Notes: generated by a model from the letters alone, not told the origin. Shown: positions 1-14,879, numbered from the stretch's first letter. The stretch is DNA of 64,000 nt from Marsupella aquatica (GCA_973895155.1 OZ316898.1:2517927-2581926), one strand, 5' to 3'. A program made the numbers and translations.

Positions 1-797
1 GAAGAATCAGCATGCCACGTAAATTGATATCTTCTCTTACTATTCAACAGCCTGTCTTGCCTAACACCAACTGAGTAGGATCTGGGCTTCTATCAAGAAC
101 TTCCCACGTCCTATGAGCCGAGTTTCTTATCATGAGGTCAGTGTGATTAAATAAGAGTGCTGCCCACGTGACCTCCGTTAGTGCTCTGGTATCAATTGGG
201 TCTCTGTGCTGGCCACTTATCGTCAGTAGCAAGTGTAGTGTGAAATTTTCGGTGATGCTTTACTTGAAGTGCAGCGATTAGGTGCAATAACCCTATTAGA
301 TGTGCAGTTAAATACCTCTCAAACGAGACATTGAGCTCGAGATCTAAAAAAACATATTTCACTTTCCCAGGAAAAAAACATATTTCACTGCAGACCTTCC
401 ACATAGTTGACAAAGCGTCGAGGACCCTAGAATGAGGACAAATTCCCAGTGTCCGCTTGTTGCAACGCTTATTGCAGGTTATCACCAGTCTGCAAGTATG
501 GAACATTATCTTGCACTTAACAACGTGAGAAATATATATTATGCTTTTGTTAGCTGGATCTCGTGTCAGCATAGGAGTTGAGCTCATGGGGTCTTTCAAG
601 ATATTGTATAAACAAATTTAAAATTCTGCACAGTTAGCTCTAGCATGCATGTCCCGCAGAACTAAGTGGATTATCACACTTCCAGGAGACAAATCTGGAA
701 ACTTTTAAAGACACGTTGCACAATTTCTACGGACAGATGCAACGTTGTTGTTTTCGAAGCTGAAGCTTTCAAATGGACTCTTCAGTTTTGAAGTAGA

Positions 798-3700
798 TCA
801 CTTAGTAAAAACAGTATCATTCCTTCTTGGAGGTCGGTCTGGAACAGAGCCTGCAGTTTGAAACAGTCACGTATTCATAAGTACATTCATAGTTATGCTA
901 GACCCACTCATGGATTTAGACGACATTTTTAGTACTTACCAACACTCCTTGCGCAACAGATACTTGACGTGGGACCATTCCAGTGAGAAGGAAAATGGTT
1001 GAAAAATCAGAGATGAGACTTCACTATTCAACCAAAACTTCCTTATTGGAAGAATTGTAGCTGCCTGCGACTTGAACTTAGACCACAACCATTTACTATC
1101 AATACAATTGCGAATCACAAAGAGGTCTATCCCGAGGGGTCGCTGACCTGGTTTGAACTTTGAAGCTTCATGTCTAGCCAGCTCGGATGGGACAGGACTA
1201 TTGCTCTGGATAAGCATCTGAAACGCCAGAAGAACACAAATAAGATTTGAAAACATATGTGATATAGCTTCATAATATAAAACAATCCATGATCACAAAT
1301 GACATGCAATACGGATATCCTCCAATGGTAGTGAAAACCGACCTGTTTCAAATCATAAAACACGTCAGTGTCGCCAAGTGTTAAAAACGTTGTAGCTATT
1401 CCAGTCTTTCCTGCACGACCAGTTCGACCTGGAGAACAACATCACATCAAGTCAGGATCTGCACCTTGAATTAATTTCTACATTCACAAGTATGTGCATT
1501 ACTCAGTGAAGACCATAAAACAAACAACAATGGCTACCTTACTAATCCTGGAACTTTTGCGTGCAGCACAAAACACGCAACATTCAGAAAAAACGCATAG
1601 GCCACATACCAATACGATGCGTATACTGCTCAATGTTCTTCGGCATGTCATAATTTATCACATGAGCCACATCCTGCATCCATCATGCATAACAGATCAC
1701 TAATCGGCAGTAATCTCAACAGTCTGACTGAAGGTTCGAAACAGAACAGTTTTGGAACTGCACAATTCACCTCTACAAGAAAATCACCAACAACTCCACA
1801 CTAGATAGATAAGCAAAGACACTTGATACGATACGAATACTTAGAGAACACCTCTATGGAGCACTCGTATGTACACATTACCGGCATCACGATAGCATAC
1901 AACTAGGTTTTGGACAAGTCACTAGAACATCCAACGTCAATTAAATTGCTCTGCTTCTTCACAATTTTCCGACATGCAGGTCCTTTGGACAGTACAACAG
2001 GCATAAGTAAACATTCGTTGTTACCAAGGAGAATTGATACTCAGGTGTAAGAAAACTTACAGGGATATCAATACCACGACCTGCCACATCTGAAGCAACT
2101 AAGCAATTAAATCGCTTGGTTCGAAAACCTTCCAAACTTATCTGCAAGAAAACAAATACTTCGTCCATCACTATCAATTCCAACATCCCTTTGCAATACT
2201 GACTGCACCATGCTTTGCATGCTGCTGACACCAGGTTAGATTTGTTAGAGAGTCGATTTGACTTCTTAAATCAAATGACGAGGGATGATATCACTTCGCC
2301 TTACCTCTCGCTGGTCTTGAGTCTTTCCACCATGGAGAGTTGTCACTCGGTAACCTAAACGATCCAGCTGCCTTGACAGGGAGTCTGCTGACTTCCTCGT
2401 GTTAACAAAAATGATGGCTGTCTTCTCTCCCATGTCATTCAAAACACGCTGTAACCTGTACATATGCATTGATTACATAAATCATAGATGAAAGGATGTT
2501 CCCTTGAGAACATTTCTCACTCTTTTCCGTTGTCTTGCATATCTCAACCAGATTGACATTAACCCAACCCCTGTATGTTCTGTCTAGATAAGAATCAAAG
2601 GCCATTAGACGTTATCCTCAAATGAACTGCCAGGATGAGTACGTAGTCAAAAGAATACCTGTCAAGTTTCTCCCCATCTCTCAGCATCATCACATGTTGG
2701 GTAATGAGATCTGTGGCTTTTCCAGCAGTTCCAATTGTCACCTGGAAGATGTGAGGCAGGACACTTCATTAACTCAATAAAAGGACTCCAACTAAAGTCA
2801 CATTGTGACAGAAGTCTGCTTATCAATCTTGAGAAACACATCACAAAACTTTAAAATGAAGCGATATCTCACCACCACAGGATTGCGAAGATACTTGCGG
2901 GCAAGCCGCTCAACTGACGTAGGCATTGTGGCACTAAACATATAGGTCGTTCTGTATATTCTCTTGGCATCAAGTTCCTATTTGTACAAAACAAGCACAC
3001 TCCACATTACTCCCTGCACACATTTACTGCAACCAAAGATGCTCCTCAAGTACTGAAACAAATGTTACAACTGGGGGTAAAAGACAGTAACATACAGCAT
3101 CCTCGTTCTCAGGCTTCAAATTGCTTGATGGCATGGCCTCCAGGACACCTACAACCTGTATTACAGCATAAAATCGTCAGTAAGAAATACATATTTATCT
3201 GTGTAAGTAATTGTTGAACAAACTAATCCAATTTCACCATGCCTATGATCAAAGCAATGACACGGCACTCCCTCTGTAGAGTGAACAAGTCATAGTTGAT
3301 GGATTGACCCCCTAGAATTACAGAGAATGATGAGGCACTCACTTGAGGTTCAAAACCCATGTCAATCATCCGATCAGCTTCATCAAGGACAACATAGTTG
3401 CACTGGTTCAGGACTGCATATCTGCCAACAGGGGCAGCGCTTCAACAAATGACCAAGAAATGGCCTGGAGCCACTAATCAACAACGGTTATCGAACCATC
3501 TTCTGTAGATAGAAACCTCATAAACAGCGCAATTTCTACGAAAACTTGAAATTCATCTGAGTTGAGAAAACTGTTCTTCAGGATAACCAACTTCACCTAT
3601 ACGGTTTCTGAACTTACCTGCGTTCCAAACAGTCGATAAGTCGACCAGGTGTGGCAATAACAATCTCGCAGCCCTGCACAAGAAAATACAGGTAAATCAA

Positions 3701-6700
3701 AATAGATTGAGAAGCTCAGCCCAGACTCGAGCAACGATACAGACCAAAATCCTAGCGATGCTCGGTCAGAGCATATAAACAAACACAGCCACAACAGTAC
3801 AACTCAGTAACTTCTTGATAAGTCGAGACTCCCATTTGAATTAAGACTCGAGAATAGCTTCTACGATGCACAGACTAAAGTCTATCCTTAAACTACCAAT
3901 GCTCATTGACAGCGGGAGCAAACCTGTCTCAGCTTGAAACTTTGATCCTCAATAGACTGGCCACCAACAATGGATACCACCCGAATATCCTGAAGCAATT
4001 AAAGAGTCAGAATTTGCTTCACATCATGTTCAATTGGGCCAGTACTAGAAAGACAATTGGGCTGTCAACTCGGGCTCTAATGCCAGACATGCCTAGCCAG
4101 TAATGAAACCGCACAACATTGCATAGAGGGACCACTCACAAGATAGTGGGCGAATTTGACGGTCTCTTCTTCAATTTGTTGTGCCAACTCTCTTGTTGGA
4201 GCCATAACCACAGCATAGGGACCTGCTAGCGAGAGTCCATAATTAGATGAACGTTCCCTTACACTCGAAAACATGATCCCCTAATCAACCAAACACTAAA
4301 TCAGTACTGGATGTGCAATGTGTTGAAAAAGCAACACCCATAAGTGATTTGTGCGGTTGCTGTACGTCCTATAAACAAATAGTGTCCAAGGAACTGGAGA
4401 GATTGAAAAGCGCTCTACTTGGGGAGAGCTTGCCAGCAATTTTGATCTACAATCCTCTAAGCTGCGGGTATCAGAGGGAATCATGACAGCCACTAGATTG
4501 GAGTCGTACAGCTGAAGAGATTGTGAGCAGATAAAAAAACTTGTCATTGGTAGCTCAATTGATGAGATTTTTTTGACATGGGGGGCAAGAGTCTATCTAT
4601 TACTGAAGACAAACCCGGAGCTGGTGCCTATATAATATCACCAAAGCCTGCAAATTCAGATATTTATGTTTCAAGTATGAATATGAGGACATCAAGCACC
4701 ATAAATTGGACTCTAGAAGCCATAATTAGAAATGACTCTTCACCTTCAGCTTCAATTTCTTCTGTCATTGGTGGTAGCTTTGATATGTAGGTCAGCATGG
4801 GCAGCACAAATGCCGCCGTTTTCCCAGAACCTGCATGACAGCAAAACAATTTGAGCTCAGAAGAGCTTTCACAGCCACCAACATATTCAACATCTCCACG
4901 CAATCCATTTATCATCTGGACCTGCAGAGTATGTGTGGTGTTTGGGGTTTCGCAAAGTAGCTTCTGTTTGCCCCATAATGAAACACAATGCAATCAACCG
5001 GCAGTCGCCAAGTAGAATGGAAGGTCAAAATGAAGACCACAACTCCATCCCAGTTTGGTTCATCCATAGTACTAAAAAACTTTATAGACTCACAATATGG
5101 AAGTGATAAGCATTTCTGGTGTCACATACGACTAAAAGTTGCATCAGAACCAGAAATTAAAACCTGTTTCTGCAACGCCAATGACATCTCTCTGCTGCAG
5201 ACCGATGGGAATAGCTGCCATCTGAATAGGTGAAGGCTTCTTGTATCCTGCTTTACCAACAGCCTTCAAAAGCTCTGAGCTCAGTCCGCCCTCCTCCCAG
5301 TTCCGCATGGGACGAGGAATCCTCGAACCCTGCATATCGTGTTGCGTTTTTTCTCATGAACAAATCTAAAGCCAAACCTTATTTTCTTCAGATAAATGAT
5401 AGTCTTGCGCTATAGCATTCAGACATACAAAAAATCCAACCAAGAACAAATGATGGCCACCAGAGTACAGAGAAATGACATTCGACCGCAGGCAGAAGCT
5501 GACCTTATAAGATATGTTGAAATCTTCTCGAAAGATACGCCAATCCCTTTCAGTCATTTCTTCAAGCTGTGTAAGATAGAACGTTAGTACCGACAATCAC
5601 TCACTATTTTCAAGCACAATGCTATAAAAGCATATTAAACTTCAGCCAATATTGGTTTATTGGAATCTCGTGACACCCCCAAAAGCCCAAAATGAAACAC
5701 AGAATGGTCCATTTCACTTTCAAATGTAACCTGCAATAGCAAGGACAACTTCAACCAAGGACACGCTTGATATTGAGAGAACAAACCAACCTTTTTATCA
5801 GACCAGTGGCGATCAACACGCATGTCAAAAGTATCATAGATATTTGCGGCTTCCTCCTTTTGTTTCTGTGCTTCTGCCTCCTCTGGTCTCTCCTCCAATC
5901 CATCTTTAAGCTGCATTTTGTGTTCCAGTCAGAATCACAATAACATAAATAAGACGACAAGCTGTTGGAAAAATTAGCTAAAACAAATTGGGAAAACCAA
6001 AGAATAATCTGATAATGTCAATACAAACGCACCCGAATCTCGGCGCGCAAATCTTTCTCATTCTTCGCTGCCAGCTGTATCAAAAACGTCTCGCCTTAGT
6101 CCCTCTACAACAGATATACCGTCAAAGGACTTCAAGACATTGCAACGGCTTGTCCAGGAGAAAAGTAGCAATCCATAACTCATGTCGTTCACAACAGTTT
6201 AAGTTAAGACTGAAACAGTGAACATAACTCTAAGAAGAAAACAAACCTTCTTTTGTTCTCTGCGATCCATTCCAGCACGAAATCCGCGTCCAAATAATAG
6301 TTGAGCTTCATGAGGATTTTGATAACTGTGCCACCGACCCAAGATCAGGAGCAGCTAAGAATACCGAGGTTGCATTGGGAAAATATCCCAGACAGTCCAC
6401 AAAAACACGGAGCAGGGGAATGAACTTGATCTCGAAGCATACTGCAAGCTGATCCAACTCTGACAGTCTACACCAGACCTCAATGTTTGTCCTGAGCTAT
6501 ATGCCGTGGTCGAATTGAGTATAATCTTAGGAATAAGATTGCGTGATTCAAAAATTATTCCAAACAGTCATCGTTCGATCACAGGAAGAAATTTACAAAT
6601 GTAGGAATGTCGGCTTAAGAGATCTATAAGAAGCAATTACATTGGATTCATATCCCGTGAGGTGTCTTCAGTATTCTCCCAGTCAAAAGAGAATCGAAAT

Positions 6701-9700
6701 TTCTCACTTGGTTTAACAACCCTCTTCTTCAACTTCTTCGCACCAAGGTACTGCAACCGATTCAGAGCATTGGTCAGTCTTTGCACCTTTGGATAAACAA
6801 TTCCACTAGAATTTCAGGCAGTCTGACGACAATGCATTTGTTTGAGGGACCAACTGAACGAGGCTCAAAGTCATCAAGGCAGTTCACACCTGCTCCCTGA
6901 TGGCATCGAGCTCCTTCTCTCGTTCTCTTTCCATCTGCTTCTCTAACCGATCTTTTTCTCGATTTTTTGCCTCCTCTTCTCTCTCTCGGTCACGCTCACT
7001 GCGCTCACGTTCCCTCTCCTTCTCCCTTTCCTGTTCCCGTTCCCTGTCTCTATCACGTGGCCGATCTCTGTCTGGAGGAGACAAACCATGTCATGATTAG
7101 AAAGACAAAGACATTCTCCAAGATGACTCCCAGAAAACACAGAAATCTCGTAAACAAGCACTAATTGGCACTCATCAGGTTCCAGAGACTTGTCTAAAGA
7201 GATGGTCTTTCCAGTTGCAAGCAAGAAGAGAGTTTTGGACAGCAGAGAACAACCTTCGAGACCCTTACGAGGGGCATCTTTGGGGACAGCAAAAACCTTG
7301 CGTTGTTCTTCAGCCCTGAATCAAAGAACTGAAATTCAGGAAAGAATCTTTCCAGAAAAACTTAAGTTGACCTGCCGCCAAAGCTTGGGGGTTATTAAAT
7401 TTTGAAGCTTCCTTCGCTAGTAATGAGTCTTTGGCATTTAGGGTCGCACTGTAAATAAGTAAGTCGTTTTGCAATCTGCCTGCTTCCCAATGACAGAATG
7501 AAATTTATAAATCACCGAGTCTAGCTTCACGAATTACCTCTTTCTCAGCTCAGCGACTTCTTCTTCTCTGCGCTTGACAGCAAGTTTCTGCCTCTCACCT
7601 TTAGTCAGGAACACTGGCTGTTACAATGAAAAAACAAAACAAAAACAAGGATCAACTACGTCCAGCTGCGCACTCAGAAACAAACAGCAAGATAAATGCC
7701 TCTTTCCTTGTTTATCCCATCTCCCGACTAAGAGAGAGATAGTGTCTCACCTCATGACAGAATTTACATCTCATAGTAAGGGAATCACACACCAACACAC
7801 CTGCAGAGCTCAACCACCGAGCTTTCGGCTCCTGATACTTGCAATGACCTGAAAGTAAGCCGACCACGTTTTCTGTCTTGTCATACCCACACATACAGCG
7901 CACTGTGCGATCTCTCCTAATGATGTGCAGACTCTAAACCTACTTTTGACTGGTTGCACTTCCATTGGATCCCAGATACCTCCTTCTACAGTCAACACAA
8001 CTGACCCTAGTACTCCCAACCCCTCCACACAGCCCAAAACAAACAAAAGAGGCATCTCTCTTACACGTCTTACGAGGTGCCTTCGCGAAGGTTGTGTGAT
8101 ATAGGGACACCCGCAACTCCATCTCAAACAATTGACATGAAGAATGACACGTTTGATGAAATGCAATCATCAAATTGATCACCCTCCTAAACAGAAGGTT
8201 TGATGATACAAAGTTCATTGAAGCTGTACAGACCTCAGAGTTCTTATCAGAAAGGCAGGGAATAGAGGATTGTGATTAGCTCACACTCACAATGCCACTG
8301 CGTATTACAGACGATAAGATTCGTTGGTTTCGTAGTCCTCCCACCATAGTAAACTTAGCAGAACACCATGAACGCACCTGGTAACGAGATACTCTTTGAG
8401 AGCACCCGCAAACAAGTCCGCACATACTTTCCATTATAGCTATGTGACACGACGTCAACCACTTCACACAATGCGATCTTTCTTTTCATCGGATAGGATC
8501 CCAAAATCGAAAACGACAAAGTCAGCAAAGAAGAGCTTTGCAGCTTCAAAGGTGGACTATTTTACACCAGAGTGCCTCCGTCGACTAATTCGTTAGAGTT
8601 GTGGTTGAGAGAGTTGCATAATACGCAGCCGCCAGTATGGGAATCAATAGTAGCTAGGGCCGATGAAGTGCTCTGAGTTGCGGTGACAAGTTGCGATGCA
8701 AGCAACCGCAAATCCTCGACTCTGATTTCAGCTTGGAGACATTTGTTTGAAAGCTTCTAATTCACATAATAACAATTCTACAAATTTAAATACTCTGTGG
8801 TGACGAGAGTGAGGTTCGGTGGTCAGCCTACCTTGGCTAGCTGTATGGCATCCTCTTTCCGCTTCCTCAGAATCTCCTCCAGTGACAGAGGCTGGAGAAA
8901 ATAAACATCATTACAAGAGAGAACAGCAAAGGAATGCAGAAGTTCACATCCCATTATTACCAAAGGCCATCCCATCCCCACCTAAATGATCTTGAAGTAC
9001 CCAAATGCACATGCATACAGACATGATTTACATTTTATAATTCCCGATGTTCTAACCTGAAAAGAGAGAGTTGGTACAAAATGGAGCGCTACAAACAATT
9101 ATTGCAGAGAAAACTAACCTCGGACTTCTTGCCATCTCTTAGATGAGCACCCCCGTCGTCCTGTCCTTTAAACACGGGGCTCTCAAACTTTTCTTCCTCG
9201 TGTATCTCGCCGTCCTCTGTATCAACCTCTCTCACCTCACCGTCTGCTTTAGATTTCTCTAGAATTTCATCGTCTAATCCAGCAGACTTCTCGGCCTCTT
9301 TCCTTTTCTCTTGATCGGGAACTTCATCTTTACCCTTGTCCTCGGCTCGTTCTTCTCCTTTCGACAGCTTCTTCTCCACGACATTGTCTCCCACGTCTCG
9401 CAATTTGAGCTCCGTCCGGTCTCGACTCTGACTTCTGTGCGAATCCCTCCTGTCAGGGCTCCGAATCCTACTCCTACCAGCAGGACTTCGCCTTTCGTGT
9501 CGACCTTTGCTCCTGCTTCGGCTTCTGTGCGGGACCTTCCTCTCCCTCTCTCGTTCTCTCTCTCGGCTCCTACTCCGACGCGACCTCTTCCTGTCCGACC
9601 TATCCGTGCGGTCCAGGCTCCGTCGTGGTGACTCTCCACGCTCGGAGTCCCGCTTCAATTTCGACGACGAGTGGTGCTCATGGCGATCTCTGTCAGACTT

Positions 9701-9775
9701 GTGAGACGACGATCGGTGCGAGTGATGTTCGTTTGGTGATGGCGACGCTATTCGGTCCTCTCTGGACGGAGCCAT
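798..9775 (-). CDS. PRP28: Spliceosomal DEAD-box RNA helicase PRP28 / U5-100K (plant RH21-like), ~25 exons
   Basis: ATG at 9775. Exon 1 (9775-9119) is RS/RE/RD-rich. Later GT-AG exons give [30 protein letters not shown]-motif [38 protein letters not shown] ([16 protein letters not shown]), [21 protein letters not shown] and HRIGRTGRAG. Last exon 850-798 encodes [17 protein letters not shown]. Confidence 0.95.
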
Positions 9776-10626
9776 GATTTTCTCTTCACCCACGCACTCT
9801 CCTTGCTTTCTATCTTCTTAATGCTCCTTCCCTATCCTGTTGTCTGTTCCAGTTCCCACCTTGCTTCCCTCTTTAGAAATTAAAATAGACCACAAATTCA
9901 ACGAATTGCTCCTCTACTAACCCCTAACTCCCTCTCCAGTATTCCTCGACGTGCGATGATGGTCGGAACCTCACTCTTGACAGCAGAATTATACGCTTCC
10001 AGCCATTTCCGCTTCTCTCTCACAGTCTCCCGCTCTTTTCTTCTCCAATCTACCGGCTACGGCAAAACCAACACAAGGAATGTAACTCTTGCCTGAACAT
10101 TGGCCAATGACGATAGGAAACGCAATATTGTAAGCAAGATTACATGTTTACTTCAATTTAGGGCAGTTTTTCTCCCAGACTTTTCCTCTCCTTCTATTAC
10201 AAGCCATCGGCTACGGAAAAAGCAAAACAAGGGAAACGCAATGTTGTAAAGAAGGACTACATGTTTACGGAAATTTAGGGCAATTTCCCTCTCTGAGAAT
10301 CTTCCTCTCCTTCTTGTTCAAGGCAATCAACTCCTAAGGAAAAAGCAAAAACAAGGAGAGTTGAAGACAGGACACTGCTGAGTGCTCGAAAAAGAATGTC
10401 ACTGACCTGGAAAGTTTCTTCACTCCGTGATTCATTCCCTCGCTCGATGGCACACAAGTCCATTCATCCACAAATCCTCGGACCAGCTGATCACGCGCGT
10501 AACGTCCGTCTTCGTGACCTTCCCACATTGGCGCAATGTCTCCTCCTCGGCCTCTCTCTCTGTCTAAACCTTCATGGCCAGCTTACAGTCTTGTAAATAA
10601 CAAGACTTTCTTTTCATTCCCCACTA

Positions 10627-10950
10627 ATCGTCTCTCCTCTATTTCGTTTAGGCTAATGACGGTTTGGCCTGGGTTACTAGCTTGGTTAGGGTAATGACGA
10701 TTTAGTGTGATTCATCGTCTCTCCTCTATTTTGTTTAGGCTAGTGCAGGTTTGGTCTGGGGTTTAGGGTGATGTCTATTTTGGTGTGAGGTTAGTAGCTT
10801 GTTTAGGGTAATGACGATTTAGTGTGATTCATCGTCTCTCCTCTATTTTGTTTAGGCTAGTGCAGGTTTGGTCTGGGGTTTAGGGTAATGTCTATTTTGG
10901 TGTGAGGTTAGTAGCTTGTTTAGGGTAATGACTATTTGGTGTAAGGTTAC
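10627..10950. repeat. Tandem repeat (87-bp then 117-bp period) with embedded TTTAGGG telomere/telo-box-like motifs, upstream of PRP28
   Basis: ATCGTCTCTCCTCTATTT recurs at 10627, 10714 and 10831. Units contain GGGTTTAGGGT and GTTTAGGGTAATGAC. Confidence 0.85.
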
Positions 10951-11987
10951 TAGTCGGTAACCCTCTGATCAGAAAATGAGTAAATGATAATCAGCAATCT
11001 TTTTTGAGCTTTGTGGGAACAGATTTTAGACTAGAACCCCTTCTTTTCATTCACAATGCATGGTTAGATCTCTATTCTGTTTAGGGTAATGACGGTTTGG
11101 TATGGGGTTACTAGCCTCTACCCTCTGACCAGAAAATGAGATCATGAGGGGTAGCCTGGAATCTTTTCTGAACTTTGTGGGAACAGGTTTCAAACGTGCC
11201 CAGAACCCCAGCCCAAAGAGTCTTTATCATACATAATATCTATCTGGAAAAGCTTGGATCTTTATCATACATAATATCTATCCTAAAAAACGTGAATCGA
11301 TATTATGGAAATGACTCAGTGTTATGGAAATGGTAGCATCTAGTAGAAAAAGTTACACATCGGTAACCTTTCTTACTGACGAGAATTACGTGGCCCAAGT
11401 CTTTCTATTATATGGAAACATTATTATAATTATAAGTAGCCTGGTTACTTATAGAGACTAAGACTACAGAAAATCTTGAAAAAAAAAATTAATGCTATGT
11501 TATCTCTTGTTTATATTTGCCTCATTCCCGTTTTCTGTTCACCCTCACTTTGTCCTTATTTTGGAGTTAGGGTGTCCTTATTTAGAGTCCAATTTTCTCC
11601 TTATTTTTGAGTCAAGTTTAGTCCTTATTTGGAGTTATGGTCTTTAGTCTTCACTCTACACCGTAACCCTTGTTAGCTTATGTTCACAAATTATTAATAA
11701 GATATGTAACTCAACGTGTACTACATTAGTCTTAGGGCCCCCTTGTCTAGTATAAGTGTAACACGCACCAATTTGAACATAAATAGAGGTGCACACTGTC
11801 TTTCTCTGTGTTTACTAGGGGTAAGGATGGCTTGACAAGAAGTGGTGACAGTTTCCATTTTTTTTGTCTCCAAGGTCTGATCAAGGCCATCCATTGGGGA
11901 GAAACTGTTGTTGTTCATTTTACAGAATGTTGATGACACTTTCAACCTAAGCTGGTACGGATCTTACATGGGATGGAGTGGGGTTGT

Positions 11988-12114
11988 GGTAATTGCACAT
12001 CAAAATATGACATAAACTACGTACGACATCACTCCCTACCATGACAAACCTCATTATTTTCTTTAAACGAGTGAGTGCACACCTTGTATTACCACATTTT
12101 GATGAGTGATTACC
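11988..12114 (-). mobile_element. ~127-bp TIR element (MITE family A), copy 1
   Basis: Ends GGTAATTGCACATCAAAAT / ATTTTGATGAGTGATTACC form a 19-bp imperfect TIR. The internal sequence is the reverse complement of the copies at 32277, 45812 and 50701. Confidence 0.8.
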
Positions 12115-12999
12115 GACCAGAAATGGAGAGGGTCCAATTTTTGTTTACGTGAAGCCATTTTTGTCTTAGATTTAGACCACCTCTGTGAGAGTCACTTTTT
12201 CTGGCCTCTTGGTCCATTCCTATTTTTTAAGTCATTTGGATTAAAAGTGGACCTACAAGGTCCTTCATAAAATCTTCTCTTGTGAGACTCTGAGCTAGAA
12301 AGACTTAGACAAAGAATACCTTGACATTCTGGTGGAGTGGGTCCCCACTCTGTCTTTTAGCAAATCAATCTAGCACCACTGGATGCACTTGGCTTTACAA
12401 AAACTTGGAAGCCATAAAAGGATTCCAGAAATGCTTTTAGCTCAAGGACACCATACTTAGTGTGTGAAATGACCATTCAGTTTGCTTTAGTGAAAAAAGC
12501 TCATTAGTGCCCCCAACATCTGCAAATTCGCTCTAAATTACACTAGTCTGAGAGCCCCTTGTTTGAACATATATAGGAGTGAGTTTTGTGGCCCAAGTCT
12601 GTCTAAACATTATAACATGTAATCTCAGTGTTTACTTCACTGGTCTTTGAGCATCTGCATCGGTTTTGCAATGCACGGCCTGCATCACATTTCAGTACTT
12701 GCAACCAAAGGTATGACTTGCACCTGTGTCGACATCTCTGGCTGCAATATAGTTCAAACCATGTGTAGCTCAGTCATCTTGATCAAGGCTTTGGCACACC
12801 ACATGCTTGGGCAGGGGCATGTGATTCCTAAAAGGGTCATGTGATTCCTAAGAGAGAACATCAAGAGATTAAAAAGGCCCCAACAAACATCCCTGCCAAC
12901 AGCCCAACCAGAAAAACCTGCCAAACCTTCCAAACCACCCATCATTCCTGGCTCACATCCTTGTGAAGACCTCAGATAGAAGCAGAGACAATGTGAGTG

Positions 13000-13560
13000 T
13001 CTCCAAGAGCTAACTAGACTTGATGTTGGGTGTCAATCATGTCCTTGGCCCTAAGTAACTCTGTTTGTTTCCATCCAAAAGGGGACTGTCTGCCAGCCGC
13101 AAGCAAGTGATCCGCTACCTCAGAAAGCACCCAACCCAAGTCAAAGCATCTCCTGCCGCCAAGTTGGAACATATGTTCCTTTTGGCCCAACCACAGCTGC
13201 CATAAAACCTGATAAATAACACATTTACAGCATTGGCTCCATCCTTCCCGTGATATAGTCTCGCATAAACAGCAGCCTACCAGCAGTTGGGATCCTAATC
13301 TCCTACAGAGCGATCTGACATCGTTACCAGCACTTCAAAGCCTGCTCAAACCCAAGGAACAGATGTTGGGCCGTCTATAGCACATTGTTACAAAGCTTGC
13401 AGTCACTATTGCTCACATTAATCTTCATTGCTCTCTCCCATGTGAAGAGCCCCCCATGATGATCCATACCCGAATCCATAGGAAAGTCTTTGCTCTTGCT
13501 GAAAGGTCCAAGCACCATAGAGCCAACCATCCTTAGTTTGCTTCACTCACTTTCAGATTT
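13000..13560 (-). mobile_element. Degenerate LINE ORF2 C-terminal (zf-RVT) fragment; boundaries approximate
   Basis: Minus-strand translation WLALWCLDLSARAKTFLW, then after a frameshift HGGLFTWERAMKINVSNSDCKLCNNVL*TAQHLFLGFEQALKCW. This fits the plant L1 K-x-FLW...C-x2-C...ET-x2-HLF zinc-binding motif. Confidence 0.75.
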
Positions 13561-14879
13561 GGAAGTGAACCAAATATAGTTTAAGCAATCATATAGTACA
13601 ATCTTGGGTCTCAGAAAATTTTATACACAACAATTCACTATTCTAAAGTCTTTCAATGGCTCAACCCAATCGGCCCATTGCCTTTGGTGAGCACCCAGGA
13701 CCATGTCAACACAACACGACCTCCCCCTCCAGATAAACTCTAAAAAGGTTCTAGCCAAGAGAATTTCTGAATGGTAGAGAAACATTTAGGTAGGAGAAAG
13801 AAATCACTATGATTGAAGCAAATTAAAATTATTACAAAATTTATTTGTTTGAATGAGCACTTGTACTAAATTCTGCCGATTAAAATGCACAGATGAGCTT
13901 TTGCAACCTGGATGGAGGTGTGACAAAAACCCATTTTCTGCTCATATCCACTTACTATAATATACAATCCCGCCTTTTTGTGCTCATCGTCCACTTACAA
14001 AATTCACTTTTGGAGGGAACTCATTATGACCATTGGATTTAAAACTTAAATTTTCCTGCCCATCAGATCTGTGTAAGGAAGAATAAAGAGTTTGTCCTAG
14101 CCTGAGGCACGGATCCATGGGCTTCCACCCACACCTAGACTCATATACAAACATCTAGAAAAAGGTCATTGGGAATTGAGTTGGCATATGGCTATCATGG
14201 GTAGATGGGTCTGACAAGAAAATCTAAGTAGACCCCACATGATTGCCCCATTCACGTAAAGTAAGAAGCATAGACAACCTACAATACAAATTAAGTTGTG
14301 AGTTCAAAAGGGATGATTTATAGGAAAGTGGAAAAAAATTAAGTCTACTAGGAGTAGTGAAAACATTGTTTTTTTCTAATCTCTATACAGTACTTTTTCC
14401 ACGTTACATTAACATTCAATCCTATATTCTTTATTGCAATAACCTTATTGACCAAAGACAAAATGGCCCCAAGAATAAAATGGCCCCAACAACAAAATGG
14501 CGGGAGTGATAAATGATTGTAACAATAAAATGGTTATAAGGACAAATGTGCAATGCAAGTTAGGGCAATGGTTTCTGTATATGTCATATTTCAAAAGGAA
14601 GGAACAAACCAATACCATCAATATATTTGAATGATTTTGACACCCTTGGATTGAGTGAAAGGGATCACCTATATGGAAGTGAATACCATGGATATTTTTG
14701 CTCTTAAAGTAGGTGTTTACAAAATACATGTGCTGGCTAACTACTTTCAAAAATGACGTGTGCATAACATTGGTATCAGATTTGTTTTGTTTTTTTGCTA
14801 AGGAGAAGAGAAATTTTCATTTTTCTGAGAGATCATTTATCTTTTGCTCCATGTTGATTCTTCTTCTCTTTCTTAATCA

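Noticed and set aside
14771-14782. TGGTATCAGA, Met-tRNA PBS-like
   Set aside because: Truncated match, with no adjacent LTR or downstream gag.
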